Origin: a virus
Taxonomy: Duplodnaviria > Caudoviricetes
Length of the DNA: 64,000 nucleotides
Virus record (IMG/VR): IMGVR_UViG_3300010052_000170
Location: 5,927-69,926 of that record
Strand: one strand, 5' to 3'
The notes beneath the pieces are model-generated. The model was given only the letters and a program-made list of their open reading frames with translations, searched no databases and was not told the DNA's origin. Below are positions 18,012 through 26,266 of the stretch, in pieces (position 1 is the first letter of the stretch; each line of letters starts with the position of its first letter). Both the position numbers and the translations under genes were made by a program.

Positions 18012-18404
18012 ATGCAACTCGACCTATTTGCCGCACAGCCTCAACCACTTCCGTCCGACAGCCCGATCATCCTGCGCGTCGATCTTGGTGGCCACAGCTA
18101 CGGCCAGGTCATAGTCGTCAAGCTGGACGACGGAACGTGGGGCGTCGGCACAGATGACATGTTCCAAGGCTATTGCGGCCACGGGAGCCCAGTCTGGCCA
18201 AAGCACGACGGGTATCCAACAGTGCGGGATGCTGTTGCTGTGGCGCTCGACAAACTGCACGAGGGTTGGACCCGGCTGGCGGCCGATCAGTCATCCTGCT
18301 GCACGGATAAGCATCGCACTGCAGCCCGTAAGGGGCTCGAGTGGATCAATCGCCAGTACCTCACCTATGGGCTTGATCCAGAACCGGAGAAGGCTGCTGC
18401 ATGA
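18012..18404 (+). CDS. Hypothetical protein
   Basis: 130 aa MQLDLF...KAAA; ATGA overlap with the helicase. Confidence 0.65.
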   Translation: MQLDLFAAQPQPLPSDSPIILRVDLGGHSYGQVIVVKLDDGTWGVGTDDMFQGYCGHGSPVWPKHDGYPTVRDAVAVALDKLHEGWTRLAADQSSCCTDKHRTAARKGLEWINRQYLTYGLDPEPEKAAA

Positions 18405-19852
18405 ACGCCCATAGCCGAGACTTCCTGCCGGCACTTCCCGACGCGATCGACGCGGAGCGTGGTCTGCTCGGCGCACTCCTCGTCAACTCCGAGGCCTACT
18501 GGCGTGTCGCGGGATTCCTGAAGGCCGAACACTTCTTCGAAGCAATCAACGCCGAGATCTACAAGACCATCGGGACGATGCTGAATGAGGGCAGGTCGGT
18601 GAACCCGATCACGCTTCGGCCGTATCTGCCGGCGGGTACAGGTGAGGCGACGTCGGCAGCTTATCTCGCGAACTTGGCGGCGGAAGCCATGCCCGCAGGC
18701 GCCGTCTATGATCTTGGCCGCGCAATCATCGAAATGTGGGCGCGGCATCGGCTGATCGGCGTCGCACAGGACCTCGATGCTCTGGCCCGAAACATGCCGG
18801 TAGACATGACGCCGGAGAAGATCATCACCGAGACGGCGGATCGGCTGACGCAGATCGCCCAGGAAGGGAACGAGCGGGCAGGGGCGATCAGGTACGGGGT
18901 CATCCTTCCAAACGCTATCGGCAAGGTCGCCAGAGCCTCGGGCGACGCTCTGGCGCGCATTCCTTGGTTCCTGCCGGAGATCAGCCAGGCGCTCGGCGAT
19001 ATCCGTCGCGGCAATCTCATTGGATTGATGTCGGATTCGGGCGGGGGCAAAACCTCATTCTCGCTCCAACAGTGCCGTCACGCGGCCGCCAAGGGCTTCA
19101 GGAGCGCGTTCTTTTCGATCGAAGTTACCGACGAGGAAGCCGCGCTGCAGGCGGCGGCACAGCAGTCTCACATCAGTTTGCCGCGCCTCGACGCCTACAC
19201 CCTGAACAGCAAGGAGACTGGCGACCTTGAGGACGAGCTGGCCGCCTCGACCGATCTGCCGTTCTACATTGTCGGGTTCGGTGAGTGTTCCTTGTCGGAC
19301 ATCCGGATCAAAGCCGAGGCGATGACAAAGAGCCAAGGCTTGGACCTGATCATTATCGACCACGCCAAAATGATCACGCTGCCCAATCCGAAGGACATGT
19401 TCGCGGAACGGATCAACGCGCTGTACCGTGGGCTGAAGGCTCTCGCGAAGACCCTGAACATCGCGATCGTCATCCTGATCCAGCGCAACGACGACTGGAA
19501 AGCTCGGTGGAGAATGGGCGGCAGCCTGCGGCCGGTTATGGGCGATGCCTATGGCGGCGGTTCCATCAAGCAATCCCTGGACGTGTGGTTTTCGATCTAC
19601 CGGCCTGAGCCACTTTACCGCGAGCTCATCCCCACGATGCCGCCGGAGCGCGTTAAGGACGGGGAGCGGACCAAGAAGGAGATCATGGTCGGGAAGATGG
19701 AAGAGTCTCGGGGCAAGGCCGCCATCATCAACCACAAGCGCCGGCGTGGGGAGCCAGGGCAATCACCTCAGATCGGCTTCGATGCCGAATTCACGATGTT
19801 CAAATCGCTGGTCGACGACCTTCCGCCAGCATTCGAAGGGATGGGATTCTGA
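18401..19852 (+). CDS. dnaB: DnaB-like replicative helicase
   Basis: AERGLLGALL N-domain; Walker A SDSGGGKTS; FFSIE; Walker B LIIIDH; LKALAKTLNIAIVILIQ; GGGSIKQSLDV; KRRRGEPG. Confidence 0.9.
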   Translation: MNAHSRDFLPALPDAIDAERGLLGALLVNSEAYWRVAGFLKAEHFFEAINAEIYKTIGTMLNEGRSVNPITLRPYLPAGTGEATSAAYLANLAAEAMPAGAVYDLGRAIIEMWARHRLIGVAQDLDALARNMPVDMTPEKIITETADRLTQIAQEGNERAGAIRYGVILPNAIGKVARASGDALARIPWFLPEISQALGDIRRGNLIGLMSDSGGGKTSFSLQQCRHAAAKGFRSAFFSIEVTDEEAALQAAAQQSHISLPRLDAYTLNSKETGDLEDELAASTDLPFYIVGFGECSLSDIRIKAEAMTKSQGLDLIIIDHAKMITLPNPKDMFAERINALYRGLKALAKTLNIAIVILIQRNDDWKARWRMGGSLRPVMGDAYGGGSIKQSLDVWFSIYRPEPLYRELIPTMPPERVKDGERTKKEIMVGKMEESRGKAAIINHKRRRGEPGQSPQIGFDAEFTMFKSLVDDLPPAFEGMGF

Positions 19853-20211
19853 TGACCAACGCTCCCGATTTTCTTCCCGACTATTCGAGCATGCCGGTCA
19901 ACGGCCGGTACCGACCTTTGTTCAAGCTGCTCAGCACCGACAACTGGCGTTTCGTCCGCAAGGATGGAAAGCCCGTCGAGGTCGATACAGCCCGCCAAGC
20001 CATCGAAGCCGCCAAGGAATGCGTGCGGCAGATCCTGAACCCTGAAATCCGTGCGGAGAAGGTTGAAGCGATCGCAGACGTTCTCGGCGTGGAGCAATGG
20101 CGACGGGAGAGGGCGGCGCAAGCTGCAGGTGATCAGGAGGCGGTGCTTGGGGCTGTGATCGTTCGCGGGAAGACGGTCAAGATTGAGCGGCGTGGAAGGG
20201 CAAGAGCATGA
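19852..20211 (+). CDS. Hypothetical phage protein
   Basis: 119 aa, coupled at both ends. Confidence 0.7.
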   Translation: MTNAPDFLPDYSSMPVNGRYRPLFKLLSTDNWRFVRKDGKPVEVDTARQAIEAAKECVRQILNPEIRAEKVEAIADVLGVEQWRRERAAQAAGDQEAVLGAVIVRGKTVKIERRGRARA

Positions 20212-21110
20212 CTGCGCATTTCGAACTCACTGCACCGGTGGCGAAGTCATCCGCCCGCGTTCGTCGTGGAGGCTGGTCTTGGGGGCCCGTCGAAGGCGCA
20301 AAACTTCGCGTCCTGTCGCTCGGAGCTGGTGTTCAATCGACCACGCTTGCCCTGATGGCGGCGCATGGCGACGTTGGACCGATGCCGGATCATGCGATTT
20401 TCGCGGATACCGGCGCCGAACCTGCTGCGGTCTACGACCAGGTGCGCTGGCTCTCATCGGGTAATGGGCTGCCCTTTCCCATTCACACTGTCAGCGCCGG
20501 CAGCCTGCGGGACGATGTCGAGGGGGCGGCCGCCGGTGTGACTGGCATGTGGTCCCGCCCGCCATTTTTCGTCACTTCCGGCAAAGGGCGCTTGGGGCAA
20601 GTCAATCGCCAGTGCACACAAGATTACAAGATCGATCCGATCCGCAAGGAACACCGTCGGCTGCTGGGCTATAAGCCGCGTCAGCGCATTCCAGATGCGC
20701 AGGTCGAAGTCTGGATCGGTATCAGCACCGACGAGATTGTTCGTGCTGGCGCTTCATTCGAGAACTGGACTGTCAACCGATATCCCCTGCTCGAAATGGG
20801 GATGTCGCGTCACGACTGCGAAGTTTGGCTGACGCGCAACGGTTATCCGGTGCCTATGAAAAGCGCATGCACATTCTGCCCGTATCGCACCGATCGCGAA
20901 TGGCGCTGGATGCGCGACAACGATCCTGCCTCATGGGCAATCGCTGTAGACATCGATCGCCGTATCCGTGACGCACACAAGCACGGTCGGATACGCGGCG
21001 AACTGTTTGTCCATCGTAGCGGCTTGCCGCTTGACCAAGTTGACCTGACCAGCGCCGAAGAACGCGGCCAAGGCATGCTTATGGTCTGCGAAGCGGGGTG
21101 CGGGCTATGA
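20208..21110 (+). CDS. PAPS-reductase-like (adenine nucleotide alpha-hydrolase) phage protein
   Basis: VLSLGAGVQST, FADTGAE, RQCT.DYKI.PI, WIGISTDE..R, NRYPL, SACTFCPY. Confidence 0.8.
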   Translation: MTAHFELTAPVAKSSARVRRGGWSWGPVEGAKLRVLSLGAGVQSTTLALMAAHGDVGPMPDHAIFADTGAEPAAVYDQVRWLSSGNGLPFPIHTVSAGSLRDDVEGAAAGVTGMWSRPPFFVTSGKGRLGQVNRQCTQDYKIDPIRKEHRRLLGYKPRQRIPDAQVEVWIGISTDEIVRAGASFENWTVNRYPLLEMGMSRHDCEVWLTRNGYPVPMKSACTFCPYRTDREWRWMRDNDPASWAIAVDIDRRIRDAHKHGRIRGELFVHRSGLPLDQVDLTSAEERGQGMLMVCEAGCGL

Positions 21111-21394
21111 GCTTCATCACTCCAGCATCCCAGATCATCGCCGGCGCCAACCCGATCGTCATCCCGCGCACTGACGCGCAGCAGATGATCGCGGACATCG
21201 CTCACGAGCATGGCGTGACCTATGCGCAGGTGCTGTCCACAAGCCGCGCCCGCCGCCTTGTTGAAGCTCGCTATGACGCCATGCAGGCCGTCTACCAGGC
21301 CAAGCCGCACCTTTCCCTAGCCCAGATGGGGAAGCTGTTCAGGCGCGATCCGAAGACCGTCTGGCATGGCCTGATGCGACGGGGGCTGAAATGA
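21107..21394 (+). CDS. DnaA domain-IV-like HTH protein
   Basis: IAHEHGVTYAQVLSTSRARRLVEARYDAM......LSLAQMGKLFRRDPKTVWHGL. Confidence 0.7.
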   Translation: MSFITPASQIIAGANPIVIPRTDAQQMIADIAHEHGVTYAQVLSTSRARRLVEARYDAMQAVYQAKPHLSLAQMGKLFRRDPKTVWHGLMRRGLK

Positions 21395-21792
21395 CCATCC
21401 ACCCCCGCATTCCGAAAATCGATCTGGAAACAGCAAGCCGTGACCGCCTCATCGGCCACATCGACGCGCTGGAAGACATTCTGCAGACCCTTCTCCCAGC
21501 CGAGAGCGACGGCGAGCGCACGAAGATGCGCGTGCTTGGTCTGACCCTGACAGAGGGGAAAGTCCTCGCCTGCCTGACCAACGGTAGAACCTGGACCCGC
21601 CAGCAGATCAGAACCGCAAGCTGGCAGCACGGCGACGAGTACGAGACCAAGACAGTGGATGTGTTCATCCATCGCCTTCGCAAGAAGCTGCGCCACCACG
21701 GCATCGAAATAAGAAACGATTGGGGAAGCGGGTTCTATATGGAGCCGGGCAGCATCGCCAAGCTGCAGGCTATTCTGGCGGAGGAAGGATGA
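21391..21792 (+). CDS. OmpR/CtrA-type winged-helix protein without receiver domain
   Basis: LTLTEGKVLACL...TKTVDVFIHRLRKKL....IRNDWGSGFYM. Confidence 0.8.
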   Translation: MTIHPRIPKIDLETASRDRLIGHIDALEDILQTLLPAESDGERTKMRVLGLTLTEGKVLACLTNGRTWTRQQIRTASWQHGDEYETKTVDVFIHRLRKKLRHHGIEIRNDWGSGFYMEPGSIAKLQAILAEEG

Positions 21793-22244
21793 GCAAGCCG
21801 GGCGGCCACAACGTCTATAACGTGACGCGCCCATTGGGCGTGAAGGTGCTCGACGCCAGTCTGCACAGCCCGACGTCTGTTCGCCCCAAGCACTGCTTCT
21901 GCATGCCGACGCTGCAGAAGGTGATCCGGAACGGCGAGGACCACCTGACGATCGTGCTTCGGCTGATAGTCGAGACCAAGGACAACGCCACCGAACTATG
22001 GGCCGCCACGATCACGGCCATATCCGAACTGCTCTTGGCAATGCCTTGGCTGACGGCGCGGGGCTTCGACCTGTTCGACGACTTCGACCGGATTGACCTC
22101 GGCGCGCTTCGCCGACGGGCCAAGGCCATCAGGCGGGCCAACAAGCAGGAGATCTGGGCAATCATGTTCAATCTGCTCTGCGACCATTTCCATTCCGAAG
22201 AGCAGGGGGAGATGTTCCCCGAAGACTGGAGGCGAGCGGCATGA
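21789..22244 (+). CDS. Hypothetical protein
   Basis: 151 aa, ATGA coupling. Confidence 0.7.
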   Translation: MSKPGGHNVYNVTRPLGVKVLDASLHSPTSVRPKHCFCMPTLQKVIRNGEDHLTIVLRLIVETKDNATELWAATITAISELLLAMPWLTARGFDLFDDFDRIDLGALRRRAKAIRRANKQEIWAIMFNLLCDHFHSEEQGEMFPEDWRRAA

Positions 22245-22960
22245 CCATCCACGTGACATACCAAGCCTGGACCTACGAGATGGTGCGGGAACGGATCATT
22301 GAGGCGGCCGAAACGCTTCTGATGAACCCGGCGTCCTACGGACCGCGACTGATCGGTATGGCGCTGTTTGACGAGTACCAGGACGATTACCGCCGAGGTG
22401 AGGCTACACGCGTTCGCAGCGCTCCCACGGCCCACGCCTTGGCCGAAATGGAGGAGACCTGGACCTGGATCAACACCTACCTGCCGGAGAAGGATCGCAA
22501 GCTCGTCTACGACTACGGCTTCATCATGAGCCGGAAAGGGCTCACCCTGAAGGTCTGGTGCGAGCGAAACGGCTGGATAAAGCGAACTTTCGAACGTGCT
22601 GTAGCCCGTTGCTGTCAACGGATTGCGGACGAACTCAACCGAAAGCACCAAGTTCGGTTGACAGTGGCGTTTGACTACTTGTCGCAAAATGAGGCAAAAC
22701 ACGCGTCATTCGAGGTAGCCTCGGATAGCCGCGCACCGGTGAAGCCAAAGCTCTACCACCGCGCGGATGATGCTACCCCGACCCATACCCCCGGCAGTGA
22801 GGCCGCGATCGCCCAGCACATCGAGAAGGTGAACAAGCAACGCCGCGAAGAAGCGGAGCGGCAGCGTAAGGCCGCGCTCAAGCGAGCCGAGGAAGAGGCC
22901 AGGATTGCCGCCGCTGTAGCCGAGCGGTTGGCCAAGCGGCGCCAGAAGAATGCGGCTTAG
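22241..22960 (+). CDS. Hypothetical protein, possible late-gene regulator by position
   Basis: Last gene of the early-right operon; helical and basic. Confidence 0.6.
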   Translation: MTIHVTYQAWTYEMVRERIIEAAETLLMNPASYGPRLIGMALFDEYQDDYRRGEATRVRSAPTAHALAEMEETWTWINTYLPEKDRKLVYDYGFIMSRKGLTLKVWCERNGWIKRTFERAVARCCQRIADELNRKHQVRLTVAFDYLSQNEAKHASFEVASDSRAPVKPKLYHRADDATPTHTPGSEAAIAQHIEKVNKQRREEAERQRKAALKRAEEEARIAAAVAERLAKRRQKNAA

Positions 22961-23145
22961 GGCTCAAGGAGTTTGAGCGACGTGATAGGGAAGACGGCAT
23001 TTTCCTTTTTCCAAGGAGCTTTGTCTTGGACGAACCAGTCGCAGGCCGCTGATAAAACCCCATAGTTGTCGTCCGCCCAACTGACCGTCATTTTCGGTCC
23101 ACCCGACTTCAGTTGAACGACACTGCCAGCTTTGATTTCGTCTGC
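22957..23145 (-). CDS. YodC / DUF2158 family protein
   Basis: IKAGSVVQLKSGGPKMTV.....CDWF......F....LK. Confidence 0.85.
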   Translation of the reverse strand, partial: ADEIKAGSVVQLKSGGPKMTVSWADDNYGVLSAACDWFVQDKAPWKKENAVFPITSLKLLEP

Positions 23146-23389
23146 CATCTTTCCCTCCCGCACGACCCAAGGGAAGAAAAACATACATCGCACCGCCCGA
23201 CAAGTTGATGTGCCGATATTGAATACCAGGGGAAGCTGCGGAGCCCCGAACTAGCGAAGCCTAAGCCGGGTTGGCAGCCGGCACCTGCAGTCAGCCGGGA
23301 GGGTAGCCCGGCATCATTTTCGCGAAGTCGCGAAATAGATGGCTGTCGCTAGCGAATGTGAGGCGGTTATTTGCCGCCCCACATGGCAA

Positions 23390-23695
23390 TTAGGTGGTCA
23401 TGCCGCCGCCTCGACCCGAGTTTGGGCCGGTCATCCAAGGCAGCGGAACCGCCACATCTTCGAAAATCTTCGCGGAGCGCGCGAAGCCTTCAAACGCAGA
23501 TTTGGCGTAGGAGAGCGGATAGTCGCTTTGAAACGCCTGCTGACAGGCGCGCACCGCAGTCTGGTAGATTGAGGTGCGGCGACCTTTCGGCCAATCGTAG
23601 AGAAACTCCAGGGCGTCTTCGAGGCACGCTATCTCCTGGATGAGGCTGTTTCCGTTCTTGACGAAAACAGGACTGTCGAACATCCGATCGTTCAT
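23390..23695 (-). CDS. DUF982 protein (copy 6)
   Basis: MFDSPVFVK...IQEIACLEDALEFLYDWP..RRTSIYQTAVRAC..AF...PLSYAKSAFEGFARSAKIF. Confidence 0.85.
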   Translation of the reverse strand: MNDRMFDSPVFVKNGNSLIQEIACLEDALEFLYDWPKGRRTSIYQTAVRACQQAFQSDYPLSYAKSAFEGFARSAKIFEDVAVPLPWMTGPNSGRGGGMTT

Positions 23696-23831
23696 CAGAT
23701 CCTCCAAATCGAACGATAAGCAAGGTTAGGGGCGGAGTGCCACCGACAGCGGCAGCAATCCCCTTGCGATATGTGAACGCTCCCGACAGACGTCAAGACA
23801 ATCTGCGAGCAGAACACTCGATGCTGATGGT

Positions 23832-24029
23832 CTAGGTTGGAGAGGTGGGTTTGAACCTCTTCGCACTCAAATACATGAGCGTAGATGCAGCTTTCGAACG
23901 ATCCCAACCGGCAGCTTCGGCCTCATCGAGGAGCCTGTCTATAGAGCTGGTCAGAACTTCCTTGCACTCGGTGTCGTAGGCCACCGAGTTGAGTGGGTGT
24001 TGAGGTCCCTTAAGAGTTTCCTTTGCCAT
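23832..24029 (-). CDS. Small rhizobial hypothetical protein
   Basis: YDTECKEVL...LLDEAEAAGWDR; resembles 60874-61119. Confidence 0.6.
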   Translation of the reverse strand: MAKETLKGPQHPLNSVAYDTECKEVLTSSIDRLLDEAEAAGWDRSKAASTLMYLSAKRFKPTSPT

Positions 24030-24124
24030 TTTTGTGTAACCTATGCACGTTCACTACGGCATTGGGTTTTACCGCAATGCGCAATGTCGTCAACGGGTTA
24101 GGAGAAAGTTCTGACCACACAGGT

Positions 24125-24340
24125 TCAATCGGTGGCATCGATCAGCGCGATGGTCTCTTTGAGATTGTCAGCCATACGCTCGAATTCGCTGAGACGGCTT
24201 TGGCTCGTGTAGGTCCGAATACCCTGGCCGTCCACCTCATACGTTTCCATCGTTCGGCTTCGGAGTGAGGATATCAGAGCCTCGCAGGTCTGCAGGTCAT
24301 TGGCGAGCTTGTCGCGAAGCGCTGTCGTCGCTGAGTTCAT
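24125..24340 (-). CDS. Small hypothetical protein
   Basis: 71 aa, helical; GGAGG upstream. Confidence 0.55.
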   Translation of the reverse strand: MNSATTALRDKLANDLQTCEALISSLRSRTMETYEVDGQGIRTYTSQSRLSEFERMADNLKETIALIDATD

Positions 24341-24508
24341 TGCGGCCCTCCTGGTGTGGTCAATTCATGCGGGTCTCAAACGTGGATGGCTGCCGCGAGT
24401 TCCAGCAGAGTGAGGCTGTCGCTAACCTGCCTGAGTGGTCGTCAAGTAGGGCAATGGGTTTGCTTCGCGTACCTTTCGACTATAGTCGTTTATTGAAAGG
24501 AGAAGCCG

Positions 24509-24709
24509 ATGGTCCTTTTCTGGTTTGATCAGCAAGAACGCCTGAAAACGGCGAAAGGCCGGGAACTCCTATCCGCCGACCGAAGGGGCGATATCGAACC
24601 GACGGCGGTCGCATCGGCACCGGAGCCGGTTGAGGGCAAGATCGCCGTTCGGATAGGGGCTGACGGCCGGCCGATTGTTGTCATCAAAGACGGACCCGCG
24701 GGAAAATAG
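24509..24709 (+). CDS. Small hypothetical protein
   Basis: 66 aa; AAGGAG RBS. Confidence 0.55.
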   Translation: MVLFWFDQQERLKTAKGRELLSADRRGDIEPTAVASAPEPVEGKIAVRIGADGRPIVVIKDGPAGK

Positions 24710-24759
24710 GCGTTGCGCGGTCCATAACGGCAACGAGACACATCGGGCTGGCACCGTTG

Positions 24760-24954
24760 CTATTCCTGATCAAGCAGGCGCTGCAGTTCGAGAAACGTCG
24801 AGGCTGCTGCACGGCATTTTTGCAGCGACGGTCCATATCTTGCGACAATCGCCCGGGCTTTGACCTCCGGAAGATCGAACTGATCGACGATGGAAAAGAC
24901 GAGGGCATCACGCTCTTTTGTCGCCGAATTCGCTTTCTTCTTTTTCTTCGACAT
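24760..24954 (-). CDS. Small basic hypothetical protein
   Basis: MSKKKKK...FDLPEVKARAIVARYG. Confidence 0.55.
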   Translation of the reverse strand: MSKKKKKANSATKERDALVFSIVDQFDLPEVKARAIVARYGPSLQKCRAAASTFLELQRLLDQE

Positions 24955-25213
24955 TTCATTTCCCGACTAACGAATTTGGTTTGGGAAATCGGGTGTCAGA
25001 AATCAAGTCACGAAGTGGATCGCCGTGACTTTCGGCACACAGCATAACCCCGAGAGAGCAACCGCTGGGCGGGATGGGCAATACGGCTCATCCCGCCTGC
25101 GAGTACGCCCAGGGATCACAGAATTGCCCGCCAGCGCTCCTTCACCTCAAGAGCCCAGTGCCAGCGGATGCCAGTGCGGGCAAGCCTATCAGGACCGGCG
25201 GATGGACGATTGT

Positions 25214-25534
25214 TCAAGTGGAGCGCCGATAGATCTGTATTCCGTGGTCGGCGACGGCACCGGAATGTATTGGTGTGATGACGCCAGCAAGGTGGTGAAG
25301 GGTTACGCGCAAACCAACCAGTCTGCCAAGCTCAGCGTACCAGGAATCGTGAAAGGACTTGAATACGTCCTCCACGTCGTGGTCCTCGACACAAAAGGCC
25401 AGCGCTATGTCCACGTCGCTTTCTGGACGAGATAGTCCCTTCGCCCTGCTACCAAATAGGTAAACGGCAAGGACATGATCGGTTCGCTCGGCCCATCCGC
25501 GGATTGCATCAACTTGAGCGTCGGAAAGGTCCAT
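25214..25534 (-). CDS. Minimal nucleotidyltransferase (MNT)
   Basis: AVYLFGSRAKG..RPESDVDIA (GS-x10-DxD). Confidence 0.85.
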   Translation of the reverse strand: MDLSDAQVDAIRGWAERTDHVLAVYLFGSRAKGLSRPESDVDIALAFCVEDHDVEDVFKSFHDSWYAELGRLVGLRVTLHHLAGVITPIHSGAVADHGIQIYRRST

Positions 25535-25543
25535 AGCCGACGG

Positions 25544-25747
25544 CTACCACCAGCCGAAGGACTGACCAAACGGGAATATTCCGGACAGAAGTGCGCCAAT
25601 CGTTCCCAGCGTTAGGAGCACAACCTGATAGGCTTGCAGCGATACCTTTTTCTCAAGAATGACCGCTTCACCCTTCCAGTAAAGGCGGCCACTGTCGTCC
25701 AGTTTGAAGTTATCGAGCTCGTCCAGCCCAATTGTACGAAGGCCCAT
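25544..25747 (-). CDS. Small protein with C-terminal TM helix
   Basis: ...QVVLLTLGTIGALLSGIFPFGQSFGWW; directly upstream of the MNT. Confidence 0.6.
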   Translation of the reverse strand: MGLRTIGLDELDNFKLDDSGRLYWKGEAVILEKKVSLQAYQVVLLTLGTIGALLSGIFPFGQSFGWW

Positions 25748-25808
25748 GCCCGTTCTCCCCAATGCCCGTCATGAGAGCTTCGCCCAAGCACTGGCAGAGG
25801 GCAAGACA
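25746..25808 (+). pseudogene. Relic N-terminus of an alternative terminase small subunit
   Basis: MPVLPNARHESFAQALAEGKT resembles the MPVLxNARHExFAQxLAxGKT start I recall for rhizobial phage TerS; sequence diverges afterwards. Confidence 0.5.
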
Positions 25809-25852
25809 CCAGCAAAACCGCAGGGGCGGCGGCCGACCGGTAGCGAAGGACT

Positions 25853-26209
25853 TCAGCCAAGCGCTTCGTTCAGCAACTTCTTCAGACGCAGAGCGGATGA
25901 TGAGGGAAGGTAAAATCCCATCCAGCCTGCACCAGGATGTCGAATGGCTAGCACAACGCCATCCTGATTAGGAGCAGGTGTGATCTTCCAAAACGGATTG
26001 ACCAGCGCGGTGATGGCGGCGTTGGGATCAAGATCCGTGGGTACCTCGTCGGTCATTTCCGCCCTTGTACGAGTGAATGACTCGATGAGGTCCGACAGTT
26101 CCTCGGGACTGGCGAGGCTCCACGCCGTCATCTCTCCGGCTATACGGGTTTCGATCCGTGCGGCGCTACGATCGGGAGTGAGGCCGATGACGTACTCAGC
26201 TTCCTGCAT
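25853..26209 (-). CDS. Hypothetical moron
   Basis: 118 aa, antisense, just upstream of terS. Confidence 0.6.
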   Translation of the reverse strand: MQEAEYVIGLTPDRSAARIETRIAGEMTAWSLASPEELSDLIESFTRTRAEMTDEVPTDLDPNAAITALVNPFWKITPAPNQDGVVLAIRHPGAGWMGFYLPSSSALRLKKLLNEALG

Positions 26210-26266
26210 CGGTGACCATCCATCGTTCGATTAGCCGCAACGCCGTCGAAGCAAAGGTAATCTCAC

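Noticed and set aside
23220-23340. tRNA at the usual pre-terminase position
   Set aside because: No T-loop GTTCRA or acceptor stem/CCA; kept only as a hairpin cluster
13400-23760. General-stress (EcfG/RpoE2) promoters upstream of the DUF982 genes
   Set aside because: Only partial matches (e.g. CCAAC-N17-CGTT before copy 5); no clean GGAAC box found
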